This document shows, in pieces, positions 11,223 through 19,328 of a DNA stretch of 64,000 nucleotides; the first letter of the stretch is position 1; each line of letters begins with the position of its first letter. The position numbers and the translations under genes are program-made. The notes beneath the pieces were generated by a model that ran no database searches, had not been told where the DNA came from, and saw nothing but the letters and a program-made list of their open reading frames with translations. Source of the stretch: an uncultured Holophagales bacterium (GTDB taxonomy: Bacteria; Acidobacteriota; Thermoanaerobaculia; Multivoradales; UBA5704); the NCBI GenBank assembly GCA_963842525.1, contig CAWJGT010000003.1:1760001-1824000 (forward strand). Reading direction: 5' to 3'.

Positions 11223-11356
11223 TTCAGCCACTTGATTCCAAGGCACGCCCTGTCCGTTGCGAGGCGGGTCGAGCTGCTGCCTTTCGGGGGAATCGTTGCA
11301 CCGACGCCCGGTGCTGGACAGAACACGGCCGCAGTGCGGCCAGGAGCGACAGGTAG

Positions 11357-11905
11357 ATGGGTAGAAGGCTTTTTGTCGGAAATTTGAATTTCAAGACCAC
11401 CAGCGAGGACCTCAAAGAGTTGTTCGGCGCGGCGGGAACCTGCGAATGGGCGACCGTCATGATGGACCGCGCCACAGGGAAGTCGCGCGGCTTCGGCTTC
11501 GTCGAGATGGGCACGGACGAAGAAGCCGTCAAGGCGATCGAGGAGATGAACAACCGGGAGTACCAGGGGCGCAACCTCAACGTGAACGAGGCGCGCGAAC
11601 GGACACCGGGCGGCGGCGGTGGCGGCGCCCCGCGCCCCGCGGGTGGCGGCTACGGTGGCGCCGGACGGAGCGAAGGCGGCGGCGGCAGCAACTACCGCGG
11701 CGGCGATTCGCGCCCGAGCTTCGGCGATATGGGCGGCGGTGGTGGCGATTGGGGCGGCGGTTTCGGGGGTGGAGGTGGTTTCGGAGGCGGCGGTGGATTC
11801 GGGGGCGGAGGAGGTGGCCGCTTCGGAGGTGGTGGTGGAGGTACCAAGCCCCGCAAGGAAGGCGGCAGCCGTCGTGGGCTGCGCGCCAAGAAACGCAGCC
11901 TGTAG
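11357..11905 (+). CDS. RRM RNA-binding protein with long Gly-rich tail
   Basis: RNP2 LFVGNL and RNP1 RGFGFVEM; Gly-rich tail with GGGGGF repeats and a basic end. Confidence 0.95.
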   Translation: MGRRLFVGNLNFKTTSEDLKELFGAAGTCEWATVMMDRATGKSRGFGFVEMGTDEEAVKAIEEMNNREYQGRNLNVNEARERTPGGGGGGAPRPAGGGYGGAGRSEGGGGSNYRGGDSRPSFGDMGGGGGDWGGGFGGGGGFGGGGGFGGGGGGRFGGGGGGTKPRKEGGSRRGLRAKKRSL

Positions 11906-11970
11906 TCCAACCGCAGGGTAGACCGGGATTGCGGATCTGGCATCCGATCCGGCGGGCGTGTACCCCGTCC

Positions 11971-13152
11971 TCAGAACAGATCGAACAGCAAGATACGCCC
12001 TTCGAGCGGGCCGTTCAGGACCGGGATGCGCCGGCGCGGGCGGAGGCCGATGTGCTTGCCGCGGTCCGCGCCGCCGGCCAGGATCACGGCCTGCCATCCC
12101 TTGAACCGCTGCTTGAGGAGGTCGCCCAGGGCGCGCCATCCCTCGACGCCCTTGGCTCCGGTGCCGATCCGCTCGCCGTGGGGTGGGTTGACCACCACCA
12201 GGCCGGGCCTCGCGGGGGGCTCGAAACGGAAAGCGTCTCCCTGCGTCAGGGTGGCCCGGTCGAGCACGCCCGCCTGCCTGAGGTTGGCGCGCGCGGCCCG
12301 CAGCGCCTCGGCCGAGCCGTCGTTGCCGAACAGGCGGATGTCCGGACCCGCTGCCCGGATCGGCTCCCGCCGGATCGCGGCGAAGGCGCCGGCGTCGTAG
12401 CCGGGCAGGCGCTGGAAGGCCCAGCTCTCGCGCAGATGGCCCGGCGCCAGCCCGAGGGCGATCCAGGCCGCTTCGACGAGGAGAGTCCCCGAGCCGCACA
12501 TGGGATCGACGACCGGTCCCCTCCCATCCCAGCCCGAGGCCAGGACGCAGGCCGCGGCAAGCTGCTCGCGGACCGGCGCCGTCGTGGTCACCGCGCGGTA
12601 GCCGCGCCGGTCGAGCGGCTCCCCCGAGGTGTCGAGCAGCAGGGTGGCCCGGTCCTGGACCAGGCGGACGCGCAGGTGCAGGTCCGGGTCCTCGCGGTCC
12701 ACCGAGGCCCGCCGGCCCCAGCGGTCGCGCTGGCCGTCGACCAGGCCGTCCTTGACCGACAGGGCGGCCCAACGGGTGTCGCGGATCTCCGAAGCCGTGC
12801 TGGTCGCCTGGATAGAGAAGCTGCGGTCCGGATGGAGCAGGATCCCCAGGTCGAGCCCGGGAGCGGCCTCGGGGGCCCGTCCCACGGCCAACCGCCGGCC
12901 GGTGATCATCTCCCGCGCCCCGGCCGCCAGCTCGCCGCCGTCCCGGCCGTCCCATGAACCCAGCTCCAAGAGCACCCGATTGGCGGTGCGCAGGCGCCAG
13001 TTGGCACGCCAGCAGTCCTCCCAGGTGCCGGCGAACGAGACCGCTCCCTTCTGAATATCTGGATCGGCGGCATCCAGGGCGCGCAGCTCGGAGGCGAGAA
13101 TCTCTTCGAGTCCCAGGACGCACGTGGCGACGAGGCGAAGCGAGGTAGTCAT
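11971..13152 (-). CDS. THUMP-domain RNA methyltransferase, RlmL (23S rRNA m2G2445)-like
   Basis: Start ATG 13152 (MTTSLRLVATCVLGLEEIL); NWRLRTANRVL, LDTSGEPLDRRGYR, DPMCGSGT, VVNPPHGERIG. Confidence 0.88.
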   Translation of the reverse strand: MTTSLRLVATCVLGLEEILASELRALDAADPDIQKGAVSFAGTWEDCWRANWRLRTANRVLLELGSWDGRDGGELAAGAREMITGRRLAVGRAPEAAPGLDLGILLHPDRSFSIQATSTASEIRDTRWAALSVKDGLVDGQRDRWGRRASVDREDPDLHLRVRLVQDRATLLLDTSGEPLDRRGYRAVTTTAPVREQLAAACVLASGWDGRGPVVDPMCGSGTLLVEAAWIALGLAPGHLRESWAFQRLPGYDAGAFAAIRREPIRAAGPDIRLFGNDGSAEALRAARANLRQAGVLDRATLTQGDAFRFEPPARPGLVVVNPPHGERIGTGAKGVEGWRALGDLLKQRFKGWQAVILAGGADRGKHIGLRPRRRIPVLNGPLEGRILLFDLF

Positions 13153-13154
13153 CC

Positions 13155-14075
13155 TCAGGGGCCCTGGCTCTGGAGGAATTTGACGACGATCTTCAGGAGC
13201 TCCTCGGGCTGTTCTTCCATCGGGATGTGCCCGCTCTTCTCCAGCACCGCGAAGGTGCCCCCGGGAAGCCTCTCCGCCGCGCGCCGTCCCCCCGCCAGCG
13301 GGATGATCTGGTCGTGGCGGCCCCAGACGACCAGCGCCGGCGTCTGGATCTCCTCCAGCCGCACCGGGTCCGCGGGCGTGCTGGAGGGAGCCGTCAGACC
13401 GTAGTAGGCGTCGGCCACACCCTCGATCCGCAGCCGCTCGTAATAGGCCTGGACCAGCTCGGGGGTGACCAGGGAGTCGTCGTAGAGGGACCGGAGGAGC
13501 GACTTCCGGACGGAGGACCGACGCAGCACGTAGGAGCGCAGGAACCACGACGTGAGCGGCCGGAGGGCGGCAAGCCGCGAGCGGCGGTCGTTGGCGTAGG
13601 TGGGCGCGGAGCTGTCGACCAGCACCATGGACCGGATCCTCTCCGGGTGGTAGCGGGCGAGCCAGAGGGTGATGCCGCCGCCGTAGGAGTGCCCGACCAG
13701 ATGGGCCCTCTCCATCCCCAGCGCATCCATCACCCGCAGCACCAGCGTGCCCTGCGCCTCCCGGCTGTAGCTCTCCGGCAGCCGCGGCCGTTCCGTGTAG
13801 CCGAAGCCGCTCAGGTCGACGGCGACGACCCGGAACGACTCCGCCAGCCCGGGGAGCACCTTGCGCCAAGAGTACGTCGATCCGCCGAAGCCATGGATCA
13901 GCACGACCGGCGTGCTGTCTCCGCCCGCCTGCTCGATGTGCACGAGCTGATCGCCGATCCGCAGGAACCGGTCCTCCGGCACCTCCCGGCGGATTTCCTC
14001 GAACGTTCGCAGCGAGGCGCAGCCGGCAAGGGACAGGGCGAAGACGAGGAGCGGGGAGGGGGGCCGGCGGCGCAT
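13155..14075 (-). CDS. Alpha/beta-fold hydrolase, probable lipoprotein
   Basis: Lipobox LAGC; HGFGG; nucleophile GHSYGG; WGRHD; SGHIPMEE. Confidence 0.9.
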   Translation of the reverse strand: MRRRPPSPLLVFALSLAGCASLRTFEEIRREVPEDRFLRIGDQLVHIEQAGGDSTPVVLIHGFGGSTYSWRKVLPGLAESFRVVAVDLSGFGYTERPRLPESYSREAQGTLVLRVMDALGMERAHLVGHSYGGGITLWLARYHPERIRSMVLVDSSAPTYANDRRSRLAALRPLTSWFLRSYVLRRSSVRKSLLRSLYDDSLVTPELVQAYYERLRIEGVADAYYGLTAPSSTPADPVRLEEIQTPALVVWGRHDQIIPLAGGRRAAERLPGGTFAVLEKSGHIPMEEQPEELLKIVVKFLQSQGP

Positions 14076-14230
14076 GCGGGGGAGTGTATGTTGATTGGAG
14101 CGTTGGAGCGGCACTCGGCCCGCTGTTGCGGATTGCAGAAACTCGCGTTACGATGGCGGACGACGCGGGGTGCGGATTGACGGCCCCCTCCGGGACCGGT
14201 AATCTCGATTTCGGCTTGTAGGAGGTCACG

Positions 14231-14842
14231 ATGGCCGAACCGGCATACCCCCTGGCTCTCCCCGAGGACGGAAGGAGTTGGCCTGCTCCGGGCGAGTGGA
14301 CCTATGAGGACTACCTGCGCCTGCCGGAGGACGGCCGGCGCTACGAGGTGATCCGGGGATCTCTGTACGTGGCGGCCGCTCCCAGTCTCCTCCACCAGTT
14401 CGTGGCCGGGGAGCTGTTCTCCTCGGTCCGCGACTTCGTCAAGAAGCATGCGCTAGGATTCGTCCTGAACCCGATCGAGATCCATCTGCCTGGGGGGATC
14501 ACCAGCCCTGTCCAACCGGACCTCGTGTTCCTGAGCCGGAACAAGCGGTTCAGATGGAGTGACACAAGCTTCCACGGGGTGCCCGACCTCGTGGCCGAGG
14601 TTCTCTCCCCGAGAACCCGCCGCTTCGATCAGAAGACCAAGCTTGCTGCCTATCGAGATGCCGGCGTCCCGGAGTACTGGCTGATCGATCCCCTGGCCGA
14701 GACGTTCCTGGTGTACGTCCTGAGCGAGGATCGCCGGCAGTACCTGGAGCTGTGTCGCGGCGGGCTGGAGGACACCCTGCGCTCGGCTGTATTGGCCGGA
14801 TTTCGCCTGAAGCTCGGAGACTTGTTCCCGCCGGAAGACTAG
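14231..14842 (+). CDS. Uma2 (DUF820) family endonuclease-fold protein
   Basis: WTYEDYLRLPEDGRRYEVIRG, QPDL, PDLVAEVLSP, KLAAYRDAGVPEYWLIDP; AGGAGG RBS. Confidence 0.92.
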   Translation: MAEPAYPLALPEDGRSWPAPGEWTYEDYLRLPEDGRRYEVIRGSLYVAAAPSLLHQFVAGELFSSVRDFVKKHALGFVLNPIEIHLPGGITSPVQPDLVFLSRNKRFRWSDTSFHGVPDLVAEVLSPRTRRFDQKTKLAAYRDAGVPEYWLIDPLAETFLVYVLSEDRRQYLELCRGGLEDTLRSAVLAGFRLKLGDLFPPED

Positions 14843-14855
14843 CCCCCGGGAAAAG

Positions 14856-14916
14856 CCCTCTCCCCCTCGGGATGGGCGGGTGGTGGACGCGCGGGGGAGG
14901 GGTCGGGGGAGGGGTC
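14856..14916. repeat. REP-like palindromic element (degenerate copy)
   Basis: CCCTCTCCCC...GGGCGGGTGG...GGGGGAGGGG-TC-GGGGGAGGGG just after the Uma2 stop; shares stem and loop words with the copies at 19805, 59025 and 59191. Confidence 0.5.
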
Positions 14917-15032
14917 CGGTTCCAAAACCCGCCGATTTTGTCACCGCCTTTCGACTGACTCTGTCACCTCCGCTCCCTAGTCTCGGCTCTTCGGTCCCGG
15001 CTGCTGCGGGTCCCAGGAGGGCGGTGTTTCTC

Positions 15033-15485
15033 ATGTCGATCGTCGTCGAGGAGCTGACCAAGCGTTACGGCGGACACCCGGTGGGCAACAACGTCTCCCT
15101 GGAGGTGGCGGACGGGGAGTTCTTCGTCCTCCTCGGCTCGTCGGGCAGCGGCAAGAGCACGCTCCTGCGGATGATCGCCGGCCTCACGGATATCGACGCC
15201 GGACGCATCCTCCTCCATGGCCGGGAAGTCACCGATCTGCCTCCGGCGCGGCGGGAGGTGGGCTTCGTCTTCCAGAGCTACGCCCTGTTCCAGGGGACGT
15301 CGGTCGCCGAGAACGTCGAGTTCGCCCTGTCGATCCGCGGCGTGCCGAAGCCGGTGCGGCGCGGCCGGCGGGACGAGCTGCTCGCGCTGGTCGGCCTTGC
15401 CGGGCTCGGCGGACGGATGCCCGTTGCGAAGGAGAAATCTGGTGGTGTTACGGAATCTAGGGCTCGAGTGCTGAGCGAGCTTTAG
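15033..15485 (+). pseudogene. Truncated ABC ATP-binding subunit, CysA-like
   Basis: Walker A GSSGSGKS and FVFQSYALF. Homology stops at GRMP (~15423), just before the expected LSGGQ; no Walker B. A CysW remnant lies 1 kb downstream. Confidence 0.8.
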
Positions 15486-15509
15486 AAGTGCCCGATAGGA
15501 CGGCTGCCC

Positions 15510-15881
15510 TCAGGCAGCATGGGCTAGCAGTCTGCGCATCGTATCGGGCTCGCGTTCGATTGCCTGCAGCAACGCACGCGCCGGCGCATCCGGCGAGGTC
15601 CGACGCTGTTCCCAATCCCGCAGGGTGCTGATTGGCAGTCTAAAAGCTTCGGCGAACTCGACCTGCGTCATTCCGAGCCGCTGCCGCAGAGCCTTCACGG
15701 GAGAGACTCGGCGCATCCTCTTCAGCTCCTCCTCGCCGAGCGGCTGAGCGTCGGGATCGGAAAGGGCCGCGGCCTGAACGTCCTCGTCTGTCATTGCCTT
15801 CACCCGTGCCCAATCGGTGTCGCCGCGAGGCGGCGCCTCACCAGGCTTCACGGTCACCCGCGTAGTATCGTTCTTCCTCAT
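15510..15881 (-). CDS. HTH (Xre-type) antitoxin partnered with BrnT
   Basis: TDWARVKAMTDEDV...DPDAQPL, then LRQRLGMTQVEFAEAFRLPISTLRDWEQ; overlaps the BrnT 3' end. Confidence 0.82.
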   Translation of the reverse strand: MRKNDTTRVTVKPGEAPPRGDTDWARVKAMTDEDVQAAALSDPDAQPLGEEELKRMRRVSPVKALRQRLGMTQVEFAEAFRLPISTLRDWEQRRTSPDAPARALLQAIEREPDTMRRLLAHAA

Positions 15882-16125
15882 GTCGCGTGGCCCTCCGAGC
15901 AGAGATGATGCGGCAAGTGTCGTCACCGCGCGTGGTCGTGATCACGAGTAGGACATTGCCCGCCGCTATGCCGATAACCCGTGTCCGATCCTCCTGGTAC
16001 TCAAAGCGGATATCCATCTCTTCAAGGCGGTTGGGATCTTGGATCGCTGCGATGGCGTCCACGAAATCGATGCCGTGCTTGCGGCGGTTCTCGGCAGCCT
16101 TGTCGGTGTCCCATTCATAGTTCAC
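15838..16125 (-). CDS. brnT: BrnT family toxin
   Basis: [19 protein letters not shown]...EDR...IG...[13 protein letters not shown] signature; GTG start 16125. Confidence 0.9.
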   Translation of the reverse strand: MNYEWDTDKAAENRRKHGIDFVDAIAAIQDPNRLEEMDIRFEYQEDRTRVIGIAAGNVLLVITTTRGDDTCRIISARRATRHEEERYYAGDREAW

Positions 16126-16132
16126 CACTGTC

Positions 16133-16161
16133 AGACTACTGGTTACCAGTACTTTTGTCAA
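16133..16161 (-). promoter_or_regulatory. sigma70 promoter and operator of the BrnT operon
   Basis: Minus strand TTGACA(16161-16156)-N17-TAGTCT(16138-16133); perfect palindrome TACTGGT-T-ACCAGTA at 16137-16151. Confidence 0.75.
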
Positions 16162-16167
16162 TCCCAG

Positions 16168-16330
16168 ATGTGCGTTCCCCGCGGGGGCTCGAAGCGGTCC
16201 GCAGGACCGCCAGGGTGCCCCGTGGGACCATGTGCGTTCCCTGCGGGGAAGACTCCGCAGGACCACTTCTAGTTCCCGCGGGGACTGGATCAGCGGTGAC
16301 GGGGGTCAGCAACGCATGCCGCGGGGACAC
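16168..16330. repeat. Degenerate GC-rich repeat tract, ~21-bp sub-period, 62-bp super-period
   Basis: ATGTGCGTTCCC(C/T)GCGGGG at 16168 and 16230; CCGC(A/G)GG-like cores recur about every 21 bp. Confidence 0.55.
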
Positions 16331-16373
16331 GCGGACATGCAGGAGTCGTGTCCCTCGCCACCCGCGCAAGGTA

Positions 16374-16430
16374 CCCGGACTCTCAGACCTTCGGCTCATC
16401 GCGGTCTCAGGGTACGGTCAAGAGTCGGAT
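16374..16430 (+). pseudogene. Short remnant of a response-regulator receiver domain
   Basis: Translates [19 protein letters not shown], resembling the LIAxxGYGQxxD segment of hybrid-kinase receiver domains; no flanking homology seen. Confidence 0.5.
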
Positions 16431-16462
16431 CCGGCGGATCCGGCGGCGCGAGGTGCCAGGCG

Positions 16463-16984
16463 ATTCTCGGCGGTGCCCACGGCGTGCTGGGACCCTGGCT
16501 CGCGGAGCACGACATCAAAATCATCTTCGCCGTGCCGGGAATCGTCCTGGCCACCCTGTTCGTGACCTCGCCGCTGGTGGCGCGGGAGCTGATCCCGCTC
16601 CTGCAGTCCCAGGGCAACGACGAGGAAGAAGCGGCCCTCACTCTGGGCGCCTCGGGCTGGCAGATGTTCTGGCGGGTCAGCCTGCCCAAGATCCGCTGGG
16701 GTCTGCTCTACGGCGTAGTGCTCTGCAACGCCCGAGCAATGGGAGAGTTTGGCGCCGTCTCCGTGGTCTCAGGGCACATCCGGGGGGAGACGACGACGCT
16801 GCCCCTCCACGTCGAGATCCTCTACAACGAATACCAGTTCTCGGCCGCCTTCGCCGTGGCGTCGCTGCTGACGCTGCTCGCGCTCGCCACCCTGGGACTC
16901 AAGAGCCTGATCGCGTGGAGGACGAGGTTAGACCTCACCCCCTGGCCTGCCGTGGCGCCCCTCTTGCTCAAGACCGTGAGTTAG
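16463..16984 (+). pseudogene. cysW: 5'-truncated sulfate ABC permease CysW
   Basis: [93 protein letters not shown]; N-terminal part absent. Confidence 0.88.
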
Positions 16985-17010
16985 CCTCTTGCTCGGCGAC
17001 TGGCACGCGG

Positions 17011-17759
17011 TCACTCGCGCTCGACATTTTGCTTGTTGATAACAGCGTTTGATTTGAGAAAACGGATCAACAGCGTCTCTACTTTTTCTCTGAGACTCTT
17101 GTCCTCAATCTTGACGTAAGCGGCGGTATGAACGATCGGTTGCTTGAACCAGAACTTGTCGCGTGAGAGCGAATGCGGGCCCGAATGTCCGCACCTTGGC
17201 CGACGTAGATAGGTCGCTCGCTGATGTCGTAGAGAACATAGATCCCAGCGACTGCTGGCAGATCGTTGTCAGAGTGAGGGTCAAAGTCGATAAGTTCACC
17301 CACACCCTCGATCTTGGCCTCTTCCCGAATCTCTTCCTTCGCTTCCTTTGGGATTTCCTTCCCGAGAGCGCGCTCTAAGCGGCGAATAGTCTCCTGGCGA
17401 GGATTCAGAATTCGCCCTGATTCGATGCTGTATACAGCTTGCGCGGACACTCCGGCGGCGCTGGCCAACTCAGCTACGGAGATATTCTTTTCGAGTCGCG
17501 TCTTCGTCAGCCATCCACTTAATGGAGTGGGGCCAACCGATGCCTCAGGTCCCGTCCTGCTCAAAGAAGGGTCCAGCGAAAATCCTCCGAGCACTCTCTT
17601 GAGTTCGGCCTTCTGATCTTTGGAAGGGACAACCTTCCCGATCTCCCAGTTGGAAATCGTGGCCTGCGCCACCCCAATCTTCTCGCCAAGATCTCCCTGG
17701 GTCATCGCGTTACGAACACGAGCCCGTCTCAGCTGTTCTCCGAAAGGGATGTTCGCCAT
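17011..17759 (-). CDS. Tandem Cro/C1-type HTH protein fused to a GIY-YIG nuclease domain (~249 aa), one frameshift near 17162
   Basis: HTH1 MTQGDLGEKIGVAQATISNWEIG; HTH2 SVAELASAAGVSAQAVYSIESG; GIYVLYD...IYVGQG.DIRARIRSH. Adding one base gives DKFWFKQPIV...REKVETLLI...NAVINKQNVERE* (stop 17011-17013), supplying the expected Glu and Asn. Confidence 0.8.
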
Positions 17760-18183
17760 GTTTTATATTCTCACTATCTGGAATAATTAGGAAACCTATT
17801 ATCGGACCGACTCCCGACGCCTTATACTCACCTCGCCGGCCGGGTAAGCTTCTCGTCGGCTCGTTGAGAGTTGCTGAGTTCAGTTCCAAGTCTTTCTGCA
17901 TCTGCAGTTAGGAAAGCATACTCCCAGCGGCAGGAAGGCGTCAAACGCGGCCGTGCGGGTCGTGTAATCCCCTCGCTGGAGTCTTCTATGCCACTTCGAG
18001 AGAACAGCGCATCTCTCTGACTCTCTGGGGTTGGGCCGGAGGCTCACATCCCGGGCTGGGTAATCCTCTCCAGCGTGGCGCGGAAGCGCCTCGCCGGGCA
18101 CTCGCCCGAGTCTCGCTGCCTACAGGCGCAAAGTGCCGATTCGTTAACCAGTGACGAGCTTCTCGTTCCCGGCGATTTCGGGC

Positions 18184-18213
18184 TTGACAGGCGGGTGCGA
18201 GCATTCCTAGAAT
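18184..18213 (+). promoter_or_regulatory. Near-consensus sigma70 promoter upstream of the 180-aa orphan gene
   Basis: TTGACA(18184-18189)-N18-TAGAAT(18208-18213). Confidence 0.7.
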
Positions 18214-18324
18214 GGAGGCGGTATCGAGGCAGTAACTCGGGAAAGGAGGTGACCGGGCAAGACCGAAGGAAGCGCACAGTCGTTCCGTAGCGTTCTCGCC
18301 GGCCGCGTGGTCTCGCGGTCAATC

Positions 18325-18400
18325 CACAAGCGGCCCGGAAGTGAGGTGGCACTCACCCCCGGACCTGACCCAACAGGGAGGTAGACTCCATGAAGGGCTC
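18325..18400 (-). ncRNA. Candidate cis-antisense small RNA (~75 nt) covering the RBS and start of the 18390 ORF
   Basis: Extended -10 TGCTATCCT on the minus strand (18414-18406) inside the ORF; a 14-bp hairpin at 18332-18365 whose three A.C mismatches become G.U pairs only in minus-strand RNA. Prediction only. Confidence 0.4.
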
Positions 18401-18932
18401 TGAGAAGGATAGCATCCCGTCTGTCCCCGAAGTTTCGTCTTCGCAGTACATTCCCAATCCCCCGAACGCGTTCACCTCGGAGTTTCTGAAGCGGGTGGGC
18501 GAGCGCGATGAGCCTTTCATGGCGGGTGAGGCCGATATGGCCGGGCCGTGGCAGCTCGAGGAGATCCCCGGCTCCGGCTGGGGTCTGTTCCGCCTCGGCG
18601 AGGATTCGGCCCGGCGGTTCCGGCCGTTCGCGGTGTTCCGGCGGAGGTCGGTGGCTCTGCTCGCCGCGGCGATTCTGCCTGGCACAGGCCGCGACCCGGC
18701 ATTCCGGCTGCAGCTCGATCCGGAGCTGGCCGGCTACGCGGTGGTGGGCAGCGGCGAGCTCGTCGGTCATCTGGCCCTCTATGACGACCGGGTGATCGAA
18801 GCGCTGCACGTCGCCGAGATGCTGGTGCGGTCTCCCGAGTCGCTGGCCCGGCTGCTGGAGGCTGCGGGGGCGATCGCTCTGGAACGGACCGGAGCGATCC
18901 TCGATCGGCAACTCGCCGGACAGGAAGCCTGA
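18390..18932 (+). CDS. Hypothetical protein (180 aa), no family recognised
   Basis: GGAGG RBS at 18377-18381; protein-like composition; low-complexity N-terminus followed by globular-looking sequence. Confidence 0.75.
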   Translation: MKGSEKDSIPSVPEVSSSQYIPNPPNAFTSEFLKRVGERDEPFMAGEADMAGPWQLEEIPGSGWGLFRLGEDSARRFRPFAVFRRRSVALLAAAILPGTGRDPAFRLQLDPELAGYAVVGSGELVGHLALYDDRVIEALHVAEMLVRSPESLARLLEAAGAIALERTGAILDRQLAGQEA

Positions 18933-18943
18933 CCTCAGTTTCG

Positions 18944-19268
18944 GTCCCGAGACGCTGCTCCAGCGTGAGCTGACACTGGTTTTGCGGAGCGCGCGCTGGT
19001 CCAGTGTCCCGGGACGCTGGTCCAGCGTGAGCAGACGCTGGTTTTGCGGAGCGCGCGCTGGTCCAGTGTCTCGGGACGCTGGTCCAGCGCGAGCAGACGC
19101 TGGTTTTGCGGAGCGCACGCTGGTCCAGTGTCCCGGGACGCTGCTCCAGCGTGAGCAGACGCTGGTTTTGCGGAGCGCACGCTGGTCCAGTGTCCCGGGA
19201 CGCTGCTCCAGCGTGAGCAGACGCTGGCTTTGCGGAGCGTACGCTGGTCCAGTGTCCCGGGACGCTGG
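18944..19268. repeat. Tandem array of 5.25 x 62-bp palindrome-rich units
   Basis: Units start at 18944, 19006, 19068, 19130, 19192 and 19254; consensus GTCCCGGGACGCTG(G/C)TCCAGCGTGAGCAGACGCTGGTTTTGCGGAGCGC(A/G)CGCTGGTCCAGT. Confidence 0.97.
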
Positions 19269-19328
19269 GTCGGGCCTTCAGCTCATCGCACCTTGGCCCT
19301 TCCCCCCAGACGTCCAGTGAGGCTGGCT

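Noticed and set aside
13153-14229. N-terminal extension making the RlmL-like ORF 752 aa
   Set aside because: Overlaps the genuine hydrolase gene in another frame; methylase homology starts at 13152.
16168-16330. Type I-E CRISPR repeat (GTTCCCCGC...GCGGGG look-alike)
   Set aside because: Only a short GC word matches; no constant repeat with regular unique spacers.
18241-18252. Perfect SD / 16S 3'-end-like word GAAAGGAGGTGA as a gene start or rRNA fragment
   Set aside because: No suitably spaced start codon follows and there is no further rRNA similarity; at most part of the orphan gene's leader.
18944-19268. CRISPR or other guide-RNA array
   Set aside because: Units are near-identical along their whole length with no unique spacers, and there are no cas genes in the window.
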